From Candidatus Nomurabacteria bacterium (GTDB lineage Bacteria > Patescibacteriota > Minisyncoccia > Phycocordibacterales > UBA9973): a stretch of DNA of 64,000 bases. The stretch lies in contig JANPIZ010000004.1 of assembly GCA_031425235.1 (NCBI GenBank), positions 62 to 64,061 on the forward strand, given 5' to 3'. This document shows positions 30,094 through 39,470 of this stretch, in pieces. Each line of letters begins with the position of its first letter. Position 1 is the stretch's first letter. Position numbers and translations under genes: made by a program. Below the pieces are notes generated by a model. The model was not told the DNA's origin. It made no database searches and worked only from the letters and a program-made list of their open reading frames with translations.

Positions 30094-30288
30094 ATGAAAG
30101 GAATGAAAACAAACAAATCATACAGCAAACGATTAAAACTTACTAAAAAAGGTAAGGTAATAGCTCGAAAGCCTGGATTCAACCATTTCAACGCAAAACA
30201 ATCACGAACTACGCAGCTTGGTGGTAAGAAGAGACAAAATTTCGTAATTAAAAATAAACCAAAGAGTCACTTGTTGCCATTTGCATAG
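30094..30288 (+). CDS. rpmI: 50S ribosomal protein L35
   Basis: 64 aa, MKTNKSYSKRLKLTKKGKVIARKPGFNHF. Confidence 0.85.
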   Translation: MKGMKTNKSYSKRLKLTKKGKVIARKPGFNHFNAKQSRTTQLGGKKRQNFVIKNKPKSHLLPFA

Positions 30289-30309
30289 GCTGACTGATAA
30301 CTAAATTTT

Positions 30310-30654
30310 ATGACAAGAGTAAAAAAAGGAGTACACGCATTAAAAAGGAGAAGGAGTGTTCTGAAGCAAACTAAAGGTATGCGCCATGGTCGCAGCACCA
30401 AAGAGCGTCAAGCAAAAGAAGCATTGTTGCATGCTGGTAACTACGCTTTCGCTCACCGAAAAGACAAAAAGTCTCATAATCGAAAACTTTGGAATATAAA
30501 GATTAATGCAGGAGCACGAGAGCTCGGGATGTCATATTCAAAATTGATCGCTGCACTCAAGAAGAAAAACATCGAACTCGATCGAAAAATACTTTCTGAC
30601 TTTGCTGAAAACCACCCAAACACATTTGCCAAAGTCCTCGAAGCAGTAAAATAA
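30310..30654 (+). CDS. rplT: 50S ribosomal protein L20
   Basis: 114 aa; RVKKGVHALKRRRSVLKQTKGMRHGRS...AGNYAFAHRKDKK. Confidence 0.9.
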   Translation: MTRVKKGVHALKRRRSVLKQTKGMRHGRSTKERQAKEALLHAGNYAFAHRKDKKSHNRKLWNIKINAGARELGMSYSKLIAALKKKNIELDRKILSDFAENHPNTFAKVLEAVK

Positions 30655-30659
30655 AAAAA

Positions 30660-30688
30660 CTCCCCGATCGGGGAGTTTTTTTATTTTA
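30660..30688. terminator. Bidirectional rho-independent terminator (ctccccgatcggggag flanked by A and T runs)
   Basis: Perfect GC hairpin with A7 upstream and T9 downstream, between convergent rplT and the 30681-31292 gene. Confidence 0.8.
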
Positions 30689-31292
30689 TATCTGTTTTTG
30701 AGGCAATCTCAGCTTTGTCTTTTTTAACAAGCGCAATAATGTCAGCTACGAGTTTTTTAGGATCATCACTTTGTACAATTTTTGAGTTTGGGCGGTTGCC
30801 CTTGGCTACGATATCCACGAGCTGGGCACCCATCTCCCACGGCCCCTCAAATATGCCTATCGGCTTACCATCTTCAAATGCAATAGTGAACTCATGAATA
30901 GTTCCTACGCGCCCACAACCACATATCACAGCGTCGCTCGAACGAGTGAGTAATAAGTCGCGTCCTGGATAACCAAATCCTGTGTAGACTATCAAATCCA
31001 TATAGTCGAGCGGGAGCTTGTATACTTCCACATGTTCTTTTTCAGATGACCCTGGAGACATACCAATTGAAATACCACCCACTTCTTTTGCACCCATCGC
31101 TGCCCACAGCGGAAACCCTGTCGTTGCTCCAGTGACAAGTACTGCACCCTGGCGAGCTATTTCTCGTCCGAGTTCTTTTGCTTTATCAAGTGCATCTACG
31201 CCACAGTGACCTGTTTCTGCTGCACCAGAGACACAAATTTTAATTTGATTGTGTCCGTGTTTATTTAATGAGTCTAATGTTTGAATATCCAT
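30681..31292 (-). CDS. TIGR00725/LOG-family Rossmann-fold nucleotide-binding protein
   Basis: 203 aa; ICVSGAAETGHCG...GAVLVTGATTGFP...DAVICGCGRVGTIHE pattern of SLOG/LOG-like proteins. Confidence 0.55.
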   Translation of the reverse strand: MDIQTLDSLNKHGHNQIKICVSGAAETGHCGVDALDKAKELGREIARQGAVLVTGATTGFPLWAAMGAKEVGGISIGMSPGSSEKEHVEVYKLPLDYMDLIVYTGFGYPGRDLLLTRSSDAVICGCGRVGTIHEFTIAFEDGKPIGIFEGPWEMGAQLVDIVAKGNRPNSKIVQSDDPKKLVADIIALVKKDKAEIASKTDIK

Positions 31293-31323
31293 GATTGTTA
31301 TTATACACGAAAACTAAAAATTT

Positions 31324-32724
31324 TTAACAAGGAAGCACCACACTTGTTCCCTGTTCCGGGGCATACGCATCGATAGCTAAGTTGTCACGAAGTTTTTGCA
31401 CTAAAAACATTGACGACTTTGGTTCGCCCATGACGACGAAAACTTTTTTTACTGATTCTTGCATGTCAGAAACGAATTCTAATAGTCCATCTGAATCCTT
31501 GTGCCCAGAATATCCAAATATAGTGACCACGTGTGCTTTGACTATGACATCCTCACCCGAGATGCGGACTGTTTTTACTCCCTCTTGGATAAGTCGCCCA
31601 GGGCTCCCTACGGCCTGATATCCAGCGAGTAGAAGTGTATTGTTTGGATCCGGCAAGTAATGACGCTCGTGATGCACCACCCTACCGCCTGTAGACATAC
31701 CACTCCCCGCTATCACTATTTTTGGATTTGGTACGTTTCTAATCATGCGTGATTCTTCGGATTTTAAAGTACTGTGGAGCCCAGGAAAATCAAACAGGTA
31801 TTTATCGTGTGACATCGACTTTTGGGCCGCTTCGTTAAAATAACTTCGATACTGCTTAAATACTTCAGTGAGCCGTATCGCGAGTGGCGAATCGAGGAAT
31901 ATAGGCATCACTGGGATACGCTTACCTTCTACAAGTGCATCGAGCTCGAATAACAGCTCTTGAGACCTCTCCAGCGAAAATGTAGGGATAATGAGTGTTC
32001 CCTTTCGTTTATAATTATCTTCAATAGTTTCTTCTAAAAATTTACGGCGATCATTTCGTGATTCATGGTTCCTGTCACCGTACACCGACTCCATGACGAG
32101 ATAGTCGACGCCAGGAACTTTTTCAGTATCGGGCAAAATAGGTGAAGGACTGTTGCCGAGGTCACCAGTAAAAAGAATTTTCTTGCCGTTATACTCAAAT
32201 AACACCATAGCTGAACCTAAAATATGCCCTGCGTTCCAGAACGACACCTCAACGTTTGGGGTGAGTTGAATTTTTTGATGATATTCAAAACCTTCCCACA
32301 ATGTCATTGCAAGTCGTGTGTTTTCTTCAGTGTATATTTTATCCAGCCCAAGGTCTGTATTTTTAGATAAAATACCTGATGTGTCTTCAATCATGGGCAG
32401 AGCTAATGCATGGGTTGGTTTGGTAGAATAAATTTTGCCTCGAAAACCTTCATAGATAAGTTTAGGTATTCGACCCACATGGTCGACATGAGCATGAGTC
32501 ACAAATAAAATATCTATTTCTTTTGGATTGTACGGAAAAACTTCCCAATTGATATCATCGGCTAATTTGAGCCCTTGGGTAAGACCACAATCAACGAGAA
32601 CTTTCTTACCGTCAATTTCTAAAAGAAAATTGGCCCCCGTGACTGAGCCTGTGCCTCCATGAAATGTAATTTTGGCTGTTTTTTCCATTAGGATAATTGT
32701 ACCCTGTAGTGAAACTTTTATCAA
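31324..32724 (-). CDS. MBL-fold beta-CASP ribonuclease (RNase J / CPSF-like)
   Basis: 466 aa; HxHxDH motif THAHVDHVGRIP, beta-CASP region, C-terminal RNA-metabolising MBL signature. Confidence 0.75.
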   Translation of the reverse strand: MIKVSLQGTIILMEKTAKITFHGGTGSVTGANFLLEIDGKKVLVDCGLTQGLKLADDINWEVFPYNPKEIDILFVTHAHVDHVGRIPKLIYEGFRGKIYSTKPTHALALPMIEDTSGILSKNTDLGLDKIYTEENTRLAMTLWEGFEYHQKIQLTPNVEVSFWNAGHILGSAMVLFEYNGKKILFTGDLGNSPSPILPDTEKVPGVDYLVMESVYGDRNHESRNDRRKFLEETIEDNYKRKGTLIIPTFSLERSQELLFELDALVEGKRIPVMPIFLDSPLAIRLTEVFKQYRSYFNEAAQKSMSHDKYLFDFPGLHSTLKSEESRMIRNVPNPKIVIAGSGMSTGGRVVHHERHYLPDPNNTLLLAGYQAVGSPGRLIQEGVKTVRISGEDVIVKAHVVTIFGYSGHKDSDGLLEFVSDMQESVKKVFVVMGEPKSSMFLVQKLRDNLAIDAYAPEQGTSVVLPC

Positions 32725-33140
32725 AGTTCTACTACGGGGTGTACCTTATCTTCCTGTGTAAATACAATTCTTTTTAAATAGTAGAGAATAGCGAGAACAC
32801 TCCCCGTAAGATCAAAAAATATGTCAGAAGTCGTATCAAGCCCATTAAAAGCATTTTGCGCAAAAGCACCGTTGACTATGACTTCATAAAACTCCCAGAT
32901 CATACCAACACAAAATACCCATATTAAAATTTTAACTACTGAAGTTACAGAAACATGAGCATTTTTTGGCGGAAATACGTAGGTTGCAGCTAGCCCAAGC
33001 CAAAATCCACCCAGAGTGTGCATAATCATATCAAAATACCAAATAGACGAATACCAGTAAAATTTATTTCCCAAGAAATTTATAATACAAATAAAAAATA
33101 TGAGAACAATGAGGTTTTTTATAAGCTTTTTGCTGTTCAT
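32721..33140 (-). CDS. Hypothetical 4-TM membrane protein (weakly VanZ-like)
   Basis: 139 aa, hydrophobic helices. Confidence 0.3.
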   Translation of the reverse strand: MNSKKLIKNLIVLIFFICIINFLGNKFYWYSSIWYFDMIMHTLGGFWLGLAATYVFPPKNAHVSVTSVVKILIWVFCVGMIWEFYEVIVNGAFAQNAFNGLDTTSDIFFDLTGSVLAILYYLKRIVFTQEDKVHPVVEL

Positions 33141-33429
33141 TGCTACATCGTATCACAAAATAAACCAAAGAAAAAGAAAAATCCCTGCACTATGGGTATA
33201 GTGCAGGGATACTTCTTAGGACTATCTCAGATATATTACCATAGCTATTAAGCTAAGTGGGTGACAGATGTATTAGACCAAAGTCTAACCCAATCGAGTC
33301 TCCCATAAATTGTTGTCTAGGTAATAACCGGAAATAACCCTACTACAATTATATCACTCTCTAAAATTCTCGCAATAATTTTTTCAAAAAAACACACATT
33401 TAAAATAAAAACAACGTTGACAAAAAATA

Positions 33430-34023
33430 TTAGCTTGTATATTTTTGCATCTTCTCTTTAAAATCGTGAACTGACGCATAAATTTCGGCATGAATACCAA
33501 AATCTTTGGCGGCTTCTATATTTTCAGCTTTATCATCCCAAAATAATATTTCTTCTTTCTTTATATTTTCGAAATTTTTAAAAATTTCTGCAAAGAAATC
33601 CTGGCTTGGTTTTTTATATCCTAAATTAAATGAAGCAAATGCTTTATCAAAAACACTATTCAACCCCATTTTCTCAAGCATATATGCTACACGATATTTT
33701 TCTTGATTAGTTGCTAAATAACAATTAACCCCTTTTTCTTTTAAATCTTTTATAGAATCAAACAATTCTTGATTTATTGTATATTCTCGCTCAAACCACA
33801 AGTTCAGAAACGTATCTACACCCTTATGCCAACCCCAACCTTCTAGATAAGGCGATACGGCTTTCTTTAGATCTGCTTTCCCTACGATGCAGTCTTGAAA
33901 TGATCCTGTAAAAAATTCTTTGGTCGTTTTTAAGCTAATACCAAAATCACGAGCAAGGGCTACGCTAAATCTTTCTTGATTTATTAAAACATCATCAGCG
34001 TCTATTAAAAGTACTTTAATCAT
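33430..34023 (-). CDS. HAD-superfamily hydrolase
   Basis: N-terminal IDADDVL (DxD nucleophile motif), ~200 aa. Confidence 0.55.
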   Translation of the reverse strand: MIKVLLIDADDVLINQERFSVALARDFGISLKTTKEFFTGSFQDCIVGKADLKKAVSPYLEGWGWHKGVDTFLNLWFEREYTINQELFDSIKDLKEKGVNCYLATNQEKYRVAYMLEKMGLNSVFDKAFASFNLGYKKPSQDFFAEIFKNFENIKKEEILFWDDKAENIEAAKDFGIHAEIYASVHDFKEKMQKYTS

Positions 34024-34592
34024 AAATTATGTATTTTTATATTGTGGACCATAATATCATACTTGCCATCAACAATATGGTCCTCTTTTCCGACACCTAG
34101 AGTTTCTAAAAAACCGAATAATTCGTTTTGCATATTTTTCCTTTCTTCGCTATCCTCAGTTGTGACTATTTTTTCTGCCTCTATAAATTCACCTAGTTCT
34201 TTTACATCGTCGAGCACGATTTCCATATCTTTATAATTTGTCTTGATTCTTTTTTTATCTACCACAGATACCTCTTCCCAGCCTGTTAAGTTTAGTATTT
34301 CAATCATTTTGTCTCCTTGAGTAATTTCTAATTCTTTTTCTATCGAATCGGTACGGCTACTTTGAGAGATTTTTAAGGTAAATAAAAATATATCATTCTG
34401 TTTCCGGACTCGAAGTACCGGAACTTTAAATGGTGGCGGAAAGTCTGTACCTTTGGGTAAAAATATATGATCAACCTGATGCAATTGTTCACCAAATATA
34501 CACCCTAAACTTTCAAGTTTTTTCTTGATCTCTTCTCTATTTTTTAATTTAGCTTTTACTTCAACTTCATACATAAAATTATAGTAACACAA
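34020..34592 (-). CDS. CYTH-domain protein (class IV adenylyl cyclase / triphosphatase fold)
   Basis: N-terminal YEVEVKAKL (ExExK motif of CYTH); ~190 aa; overlaps the HAD gene by 4 nt. Confidence 0.5.
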   Translation of the reverse strand: MCYYNFMYEVEVKAKLKNREEIKKKLESLGCIFGEQLHQVDHIFLPKGTDFPPPFKVPVLRVRKQNDIFLFTLKISQSSRTDSIEKELEITQGDKMIEILNLTGWEEVSVVDKKRIKTNYKDMEIVLDDVKELGEFIEAEKIVTTEDSEERKNMQNELFGFLETLGVGKEDHIVDGKYDIMVHNIKIHNL

Positions 34593-34614
34593 AAGCCCCC
34601 TTTTGGGGGCTTTT
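34590..34614 (-). terminator. Rho-independent terminator (aaaagcccccttttgggggcttttt)
   Basis: GC hairpin plus T-run immediately downstream of the ndk-like gene on the minus strand. Confidence 0.75.
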
Positions 34615-34622
34615 TAATTTCT

Positions 34623-35207
34623 TTATTCGTCTACTCCGAAACGCTTATAGTCAGTGATTTTTATATCCCCAAACCAGTGCTTGATTTCATGTTCTGCCTC
34701 TTCTGGAGTTTCTGAACAGTGAACGATGTTCATAACTGCACGCTTTTCCATATTTGCGAGAGCTGGGCTGTCGATCGAGTAATCCCCTCGAATCGTACCC
34801 ATATCAGCTTTGTAAGGCATTGTGTCACCAGCAATCTTGCGAACGACGTCTACAGAATGCACACCTTTGACAACCATTTTTACAAGCGGTGCTGAAGTCA
34901 TGTAGTCAATAAGCCACTTACGGATTTCTGGACCTATCTTTGCTGTATCTGTAGTGCCAAAGTCAGCCATTGCGTCGTATCCATATTTTTCATAAGTCGT
35001 CATAGTCTTTTGACCAAGGCGATTGATCCATTCTTCACTTTTTGGATAGTGATCATTTACCTTATCAAATTCTGGGTTAAACATTTCGAGAGCTACGATC
35101 TTCAAATCTCGTTGTTCAAAACGCTTGATAACTTCACCGATGAGTCCCTTGCGGACTCCATCTGGCTTCATCATGACATATGTAAGTTCTTCTTTTGGAT
35201 GTTTCAT
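34623..35207 (-). CDS. ndk: Nucleoside diphosphate kinase-like protein (with insertion; HCSE in place of canonical HGSD)
   Basis: LTYVMMKPDGVRKGLIGEVIKRFEQRDLKIVALEM matches the NDK N-terminus; NIVHCSETPEEAEHEIKHWF matches the NxxHGSDS..AxxEIxxWF region, with Gly replaced by Cys. Confidence 0.7.
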   Translation of the reverse strand: MKHPKEELTYVMMKPDGVRKGLIGEVIKRFEQRDLKIVALEMFNPEFDKVNDHYPKSEEWINRLGQKTMTTYEKYGYDAMADFGTTDTAKIGPEIRKWLIDYMTSAPLVKMVVKGVHSVDVVRKIAGDTMPYKADMGTIRGDYSIDSPALANMEKRAVMNIVHCSETPEEAEHEIKHWFGDIKITDYKRFGVDE

Positions 35208-35316
35208 ATTTATATAAAAAATCTGCCAGAGGCAGACAAGGCTTTCGCCAAAATAGTAATACCCTTATGTTAGCAGAAAAAAGTTATTTTGTAAAATACA
35301 ACAAATTTAAGAGTAT

Positions 35317-35712
35317 TTAGTGCACAATAAGCCAGAAGATAAACACAACGCTACATATGTGCCATAGCGTGTGAGTCAGTGTATATATAAAAATATTGTG
35401 CTTTTGGAAAGAATGAAAAGATATATACCAAATTGATAATAAAGCTAGAGAAGCAATAAAAACTACCCACGAAAATTCATAATTTATCGTAAGTGCTAAT
35501 ATAATCACCACAGAAGCGGACCAGTCAAGAATTCTAAATAACTGATTTTTGGGATACGAATGATGGAAAAAAGCACTTATGCCGATGAGAAAAAACACTA
35601 CTCCAAAGAACAAGCTATGTTGGTTTATAAACAAAAAAATTCCTAAGATGGAATATAGGAAAGAAGAGAGTGTGACAAATAAATTTTCTGAATCTTGATG
35701 GAGCTTCAGCAT
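35317..35712 (-). CDS. Hypothetical 4-TM membrane protein
   Basis: 131 aa, hydrophobic. Confidence 0.35.
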   Translation of the reverse strand: MLKLHQDSENLFVTLSSFLYSILGIFLFINQHSLFFGVVFFLIGISAFFHHSYPKNQLFRILDWSASVVIILALTINYEFSWVVFIASLALLSIWYISFHSFQKHNIFIYTLTHTLWHICSVVFIFWLIVH

Positions 35713-35721
35713 ATATAAAAT

Positions 35722-36297
35722 CTATATTTTAACAAAACCTTCAAATGTTATTGAAGAATATTCCTTCAAGTTAATGCCATATTTCTTATACACTTGATTC
35801 ACCGAACATATTATTCCTTTGTCTGCATCAAAACCAAGCTCGCTTGCGGCACTTTTTGCTTTTTCGAGCGAAGTGGATTCAACTTCAATATATGCTGGAA
35901 GCTGAGGCCAAAAATCAATATCGAAAACTGCCTCTCCTTTTGTATACCTTATTCTGTTATTTTTTGCTTCGTGTTTTAATATAAAGCCTGTCGACTTTAT
36001 AATTTCGCATGTTTTTTCAAAATCACTGACCACCACTTCAATTTCTTTCATCCCGTCATCAGGAATACTTGTATCGTTTGATTTTACACCTAGCCTTTCT
36101 TTGTAAGTTAAAGTGGTTTCTTTTCCATCAGTTCGCACCTGCAGCCATTTGTGCTTATCGTCCAATCTAAAATCTGGATAATCAAAAGTTCGTCGAATAT
36201 AATTATATTCTCCTGTTTTTGTCGCTCCGATTTCGATTAGTTTTTTCTCGAGAGCTTGCACATCAACTTCTAAAAATTTTATTTCGTATTCTTCCAT
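35722..36297 (-). CDS. CYTH-domain protein (second paralogous copy)
   Basis: N-terminal MEEYEIKFLEVD (ExExK) and ~190 aa; overlaps the upstream small ORF by 19 nt. Confidence 0.5.
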   Translation of the reverse strand: MEEYEIKFLEVDVQALEKKLIEIGATKTGEYNYIRRTFDYPDFRLDDKHKWLQVRTDGKETTLTYKERLGVKSNDTSIPDDGMKEIEVVVSDFEKTCEIIKSTGFILKHEAKNNRIRYTKGEAVFDIDFWPQLPAYIEVESTSLEKAKSAASELGFDADKGIICSVNQVYKKYGINLKEYSSITFEGFVKI

Positions 36298-36650
36298 AAT
36301 TTTTTGTTTTTAGTCAGCCAATTTTTACCTTCAGGCGTTATGGTGAAATAGGTATCTTTTGTATATTCAGTAAATGTTTCTAAGCTAGAATCTTCAACTG
36401 TTTCGAGTCCACTTATTCGAATAAGTTTTTCTTCTAATAGCATTTTAATAGAATCGTACATATCTTGCTTTTCTTGTGGTTGCCTTCCACCTTCAATCCC
36501 TAAATTATATCTTATCTCGGAAAGCATGAGCTCGTTTTTTTCAGCTAAAAGATTAAGAATAGTATTCTTATAAGTTTCCAAGGATTTTTTTACATCCTCG
36601 GTTTTTCTTTCAGGTGGTATGTATTTATTAAAGCGTATTGATTCTGGCAT
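36279..36650 (-). CDS. Hypothetical small protein, possibly a winged-helix DNA-binding protein
   Basis: 123 aa; ILNLLAEKNELMLSEIRYNLGIE resembles a wHTH recognition region (weak). Confidence 0.3.
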   Translation of the reverse strand: MPESIRFNKYIPPERKTEDVKKSLETYKNTILNLLAEKNELMLSEIRYNLGIEGGRQPQEKQDMYDSIKMLLEEKLIRISGLETVEDSSLETFTEYTKDTYFTITPEGKNWLTKNKKLWKNTK

Positions 36651-36658
36651 AAGTAATT

Positions 36659-39430
36659 TTATTCCATCGTGCTATACCGGCCCATTATTTCCTCTTCCAC
36701 TTCTGCTCGGTCGCGACCAAACTTAATATACGACAATTCTTTCAAATCGTCCACAATGCCCGGGTTACCTGTTTCAGGAGCAATTGTTTTTATATTGAAT
36801 GGCTTTGTTGGTTGACCCTTGATAAGCATGCTCATATAAGCATTAAAATTGTCGAGTTTGGTGATATCTGAAGCCGTGAATTGAGGCTTGAATTTAGGTT
36901 CCAAGAAATTTGCATCTTCGGTTCCGACACGGAACACCGCCATTGAGCCTACGTTTCCAAATACTGCATTTTTTATCTTTTCATCAAGCTGAGTTATATA
37001 TTGATGGGCAATGTTTAATGAAAGGCGATATTTTCGAGCTTCCGACAGGATAGATGAAATAGAGTCAGTAGTAACATTTTGGAACTCATCGATATAAAGA
37101 TAAAAATCATTCATGGGTTTACCGAACATGTCCACTCGCGAAAGCGCCGCCATCTGTATCTTCCCCACAAGAACCAGACCAATCAGGTTTGCATTGATGT
37201 CACCGAGACGACCTTTTGAAAGGTTCACGAGAAGTATTTTTTTCTCATCCATTATCTTTCTGAAATTAAATACAGAATTTTGTTGGAGCACGACAGGGCG
37301 CATGATGTCGTTTGAAATAAAGTTGTCGAATTTTGAGGAAATATATGGCACAAAGTTTGCGAGAGATTGGTCGCCGGTTGTCTGTTCGGCGTTTACCCAA
37401 AATTGCTTGATAATCGGATTTTTACATCGTGCAAGTTTCATGTCGCGAAACTCTTTGTCGCCAAGCACACGAGTAATCTCGAGCAATGTCGAGCCAGACT
37501 CCGGGTCTTCCATCACGAGGAATGCACTATTTCGAAAATATTGTTCAAACATCGCTCCACCTCCTACTTTCATATCAAAGAGCTTATTGAAAATTCCCAT
37601 CATTTCGTTGACCACAAATGTTTTCTGTTCAGGATAATTTGGATCATACTCGAGCATGTTGAGCCCCATCGGCCGTGGTGTATATGCAGGATCAAAATAA
37701 ATAACATCATCGATGCGTTCCTTGGGAATACGGGAAAGAATCGTCTGGATATCAGTACCGTGTGGATCGATATAACAACATCCGTCACCATTTTTTATAT
37801 CTTGAGTAATCATGTTAAGTAAAATATTGGTTTTACCAGTACCTGTCTGACCGATAACGTAAAAGTGTCGCATTCTGTCCTCACGAGTCATTTTGACTTC
37901 AGTATCGCGCCCACGGTAGCTATTGATACCTAAAGTGATACCTTCATGCCCCATCTCAATAGGTGCTGGAGCTATTCCTGCTTTTGCCTCTTTGAGCTGC
38001 GGCTGACCTCCGATACCAACTGGGAAATGGAACACAGACGCAAGCTCTTTCAAGTTCATGGGCAATATTTTGTCGGAGGAAAACGATCGGAAAGAGTAGT
38101 CATGGAAAAGCTTTTGCAAGTCTTTACCGTGCATTTGCTCAAAACGAAAAGAATTACTTGCTGCTTCTGAAAATTGATTGAACGAAGATTCTATTTCTTT
38201 TAAAATTGCCTCGGCACGATCCGTGGTATGAGCAGATGCGATCACTCGAATATTTGCTTTCATGACACTGCTCTTGATCTTGTTTGCTATTTTTTCAGCA
38301 GCACCTTCGTCAACTGAGCGTCGACCTCTCATATATTTATCTTTATTTTTTGCTTCAGGGTCTTTTTTATGTTCACCAAAAATAAGGTGCTTGCCAACTT
38401 TCAAAAATGCTTTGTTAAACTTATAAAAATTGTCAGATGCATTTTTTACCGAATACCCATCTTTAACATCGTCCAAAATTTTATGAAACTCGGTGATAAA
38501 TTTGTCCCCAGCTGGAGCCACGACGAGCTGTATCGCCGCACCCTCACCTTCTGTTTGTAATTTTGAAAACACATTGAGTATCGTATTCATCGGATCATGG
38601 TCGATATTGTCATATGTCTTGATCGGCATGACGCCTTTCTCAGTAAAAGAAGCATATGCGCCTACCGCACCGCCACTTTCATTGAATATATTATAGTCAT
38701 CGGTAACTTCATGAACTTTAGCATGATGATAAAAAGCTAATACTTGTTTTTCAAAAAGTATGATGTGTTTGTTAGGCACCCCAGCATATATGACAACTTG
38801 GTCATTTTCATTACTAAGTGCAACTTCGAGAGTGAAATATATTTCAGTTGTATTAAAACGATCAGTCGCTATAGACTGCATCCCAGCATAAAACTGCTCC
38901 ATGGCACCAATGAACTCTTTAAATCCTTTTGACTTATCAGCTTCATCGGTCGGAGGCGGAAGAGTAATTTCAAATAGTGTCATATTGAGAGATTTGTATA
39001 ACGGTGTGCCCTCTTTATAATCACTAATGATCTGACCTATTTTTATGTATTGAACAAGAAGCCGATGAAAATCGTCCTCGATATGAGGGTTGTTCATACC
39101 CTCTACCACGAACAGCGCATTGCGTATGCCTTTGGTAATGACAATACCGAGAAGCTCTTCCATCACTACATCGTGCGCCTCAGGCTTTAGTGCGAGGACA
39201 ATATTTTCTTTGTCTTCGTGTTTGATTCGATTGCTCGAATGAACTACTTTTTCTAAAGGAATATCCCGATAGGCTTCTACAACCTCAGTAATTGCTTTAT
39301 CGGCAGTATGTTCGAAATGCCCTTTTTCAATTAAATCTGCCTCACGTTTCGCTACATGCGCACGTAAATAATCAAGCTCCTCTTCGGGAGTCTTGAACTT
39401 TGGCATTTCCTTAAAAAGGGATGGTTCCAT
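36659..39430 (-). CDS. Large soluble P-loop ATPase with a TraD/TrwB/VirD4 (type IV coupling protein)-like C-terminal domain and an unassigned ~480-aa N-terminal region
   Basis: Walker A YVIGQTGTGKTNIL, DPHGTD, Walker-B-like FYLYIDEFQNV, then ARKYRLSLNIAHQYITQL paralleling TrwB LWLFIDELASL...GRKAGLRVVAGLQS. No TM helices at the N-terminus; no other T4SS genes nearby. Confidence 0.55.
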   Translation of the reverse strand: MEPSLFKEMPKFKTPEEELDYLRAHVAKREADLIEKGHFEHTADKAITEVVEAYRDIPLEKVVHSSNRIKHEDKENIVLALKPEAHDVVMEELLGIVITKGIRNALFVVEGMNNPHIEDDFHRLLVQYIKIGQIISDYKEGTPLYKSLNMTLFEITLPPPTDEADKSKGFKEFIGAMEQFYAGMQSIATDRFNTTEIYFTLEVALSNENDQVVIYAGVPNKHIILFEKQVLAFYHHAKVHEVTDDYNIFNESGGAVGAYASFTEKGVMPIKTYDNIDHDPMNTILNVFSKLQTEGEGAAIQLVVAPAGDKFITEFHKILDDVKDGYSVKNASDNFYKFNKAFLKVGKHLIFGEHKKDPEAKNKDKYMRGRRSVDEGAAEKIANKIKSSVMKANIRVIASAHTTDRAEAILKEIESSFNQFSEAASNSFRFEQMHGKDLQKLFHDYSFRSFSSDKILPMNLKELASVFHFPVGIGGQPQLKEAKAGIAPAPIEMGHEGITLGINSYRGRDTEVKMTREDRMRHFYVIGQTGTGKTNILLNMITQDIKNGDGCCYIDPHGTDIQTILSRIPKERIDDVIYFDPAYTPRPMGLNMLEYDPNYPEQKTFVVNEMMGIFNKLFDMKVGGGAMFEQYFRNSAFLVMEDPESGSTLLEITRVLGDKEFRDMKLARCKNPIIKQFWVNAEQTTGDQSLANFVPYISSKFDNFISNDIMRPVVLQQNSVFNFRKIMDEKKILLVNLSKGRLGDINANLIGLVLVGKIQMAALSRVDMFGKPMNDFYLYIDEFQNVTTDSISSILSEARKYRLSLNIAHQYITQLDEKIKNAVFGNVGSMAVFRVGTEDANFLEPKFKPQFTASDITKLDNFNAYMSMLIKGQPTKPFNIKTIAPETGNPGIVDDLKELSYIKFGRDRAEVEEEIMGRYSTME

Positions 39431-39470
39431 TCCTCTAATTATACAATTTTTATGATAAAATATACAAACT

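Noticed and set aside
37113-38932. Plus-strand ORFs (37113-37637, 37367-37822 and others) inside the 923-aa ATPase gene
   Set aside because: Antisense to a long ORF with clear ATPase motifs; spurious.
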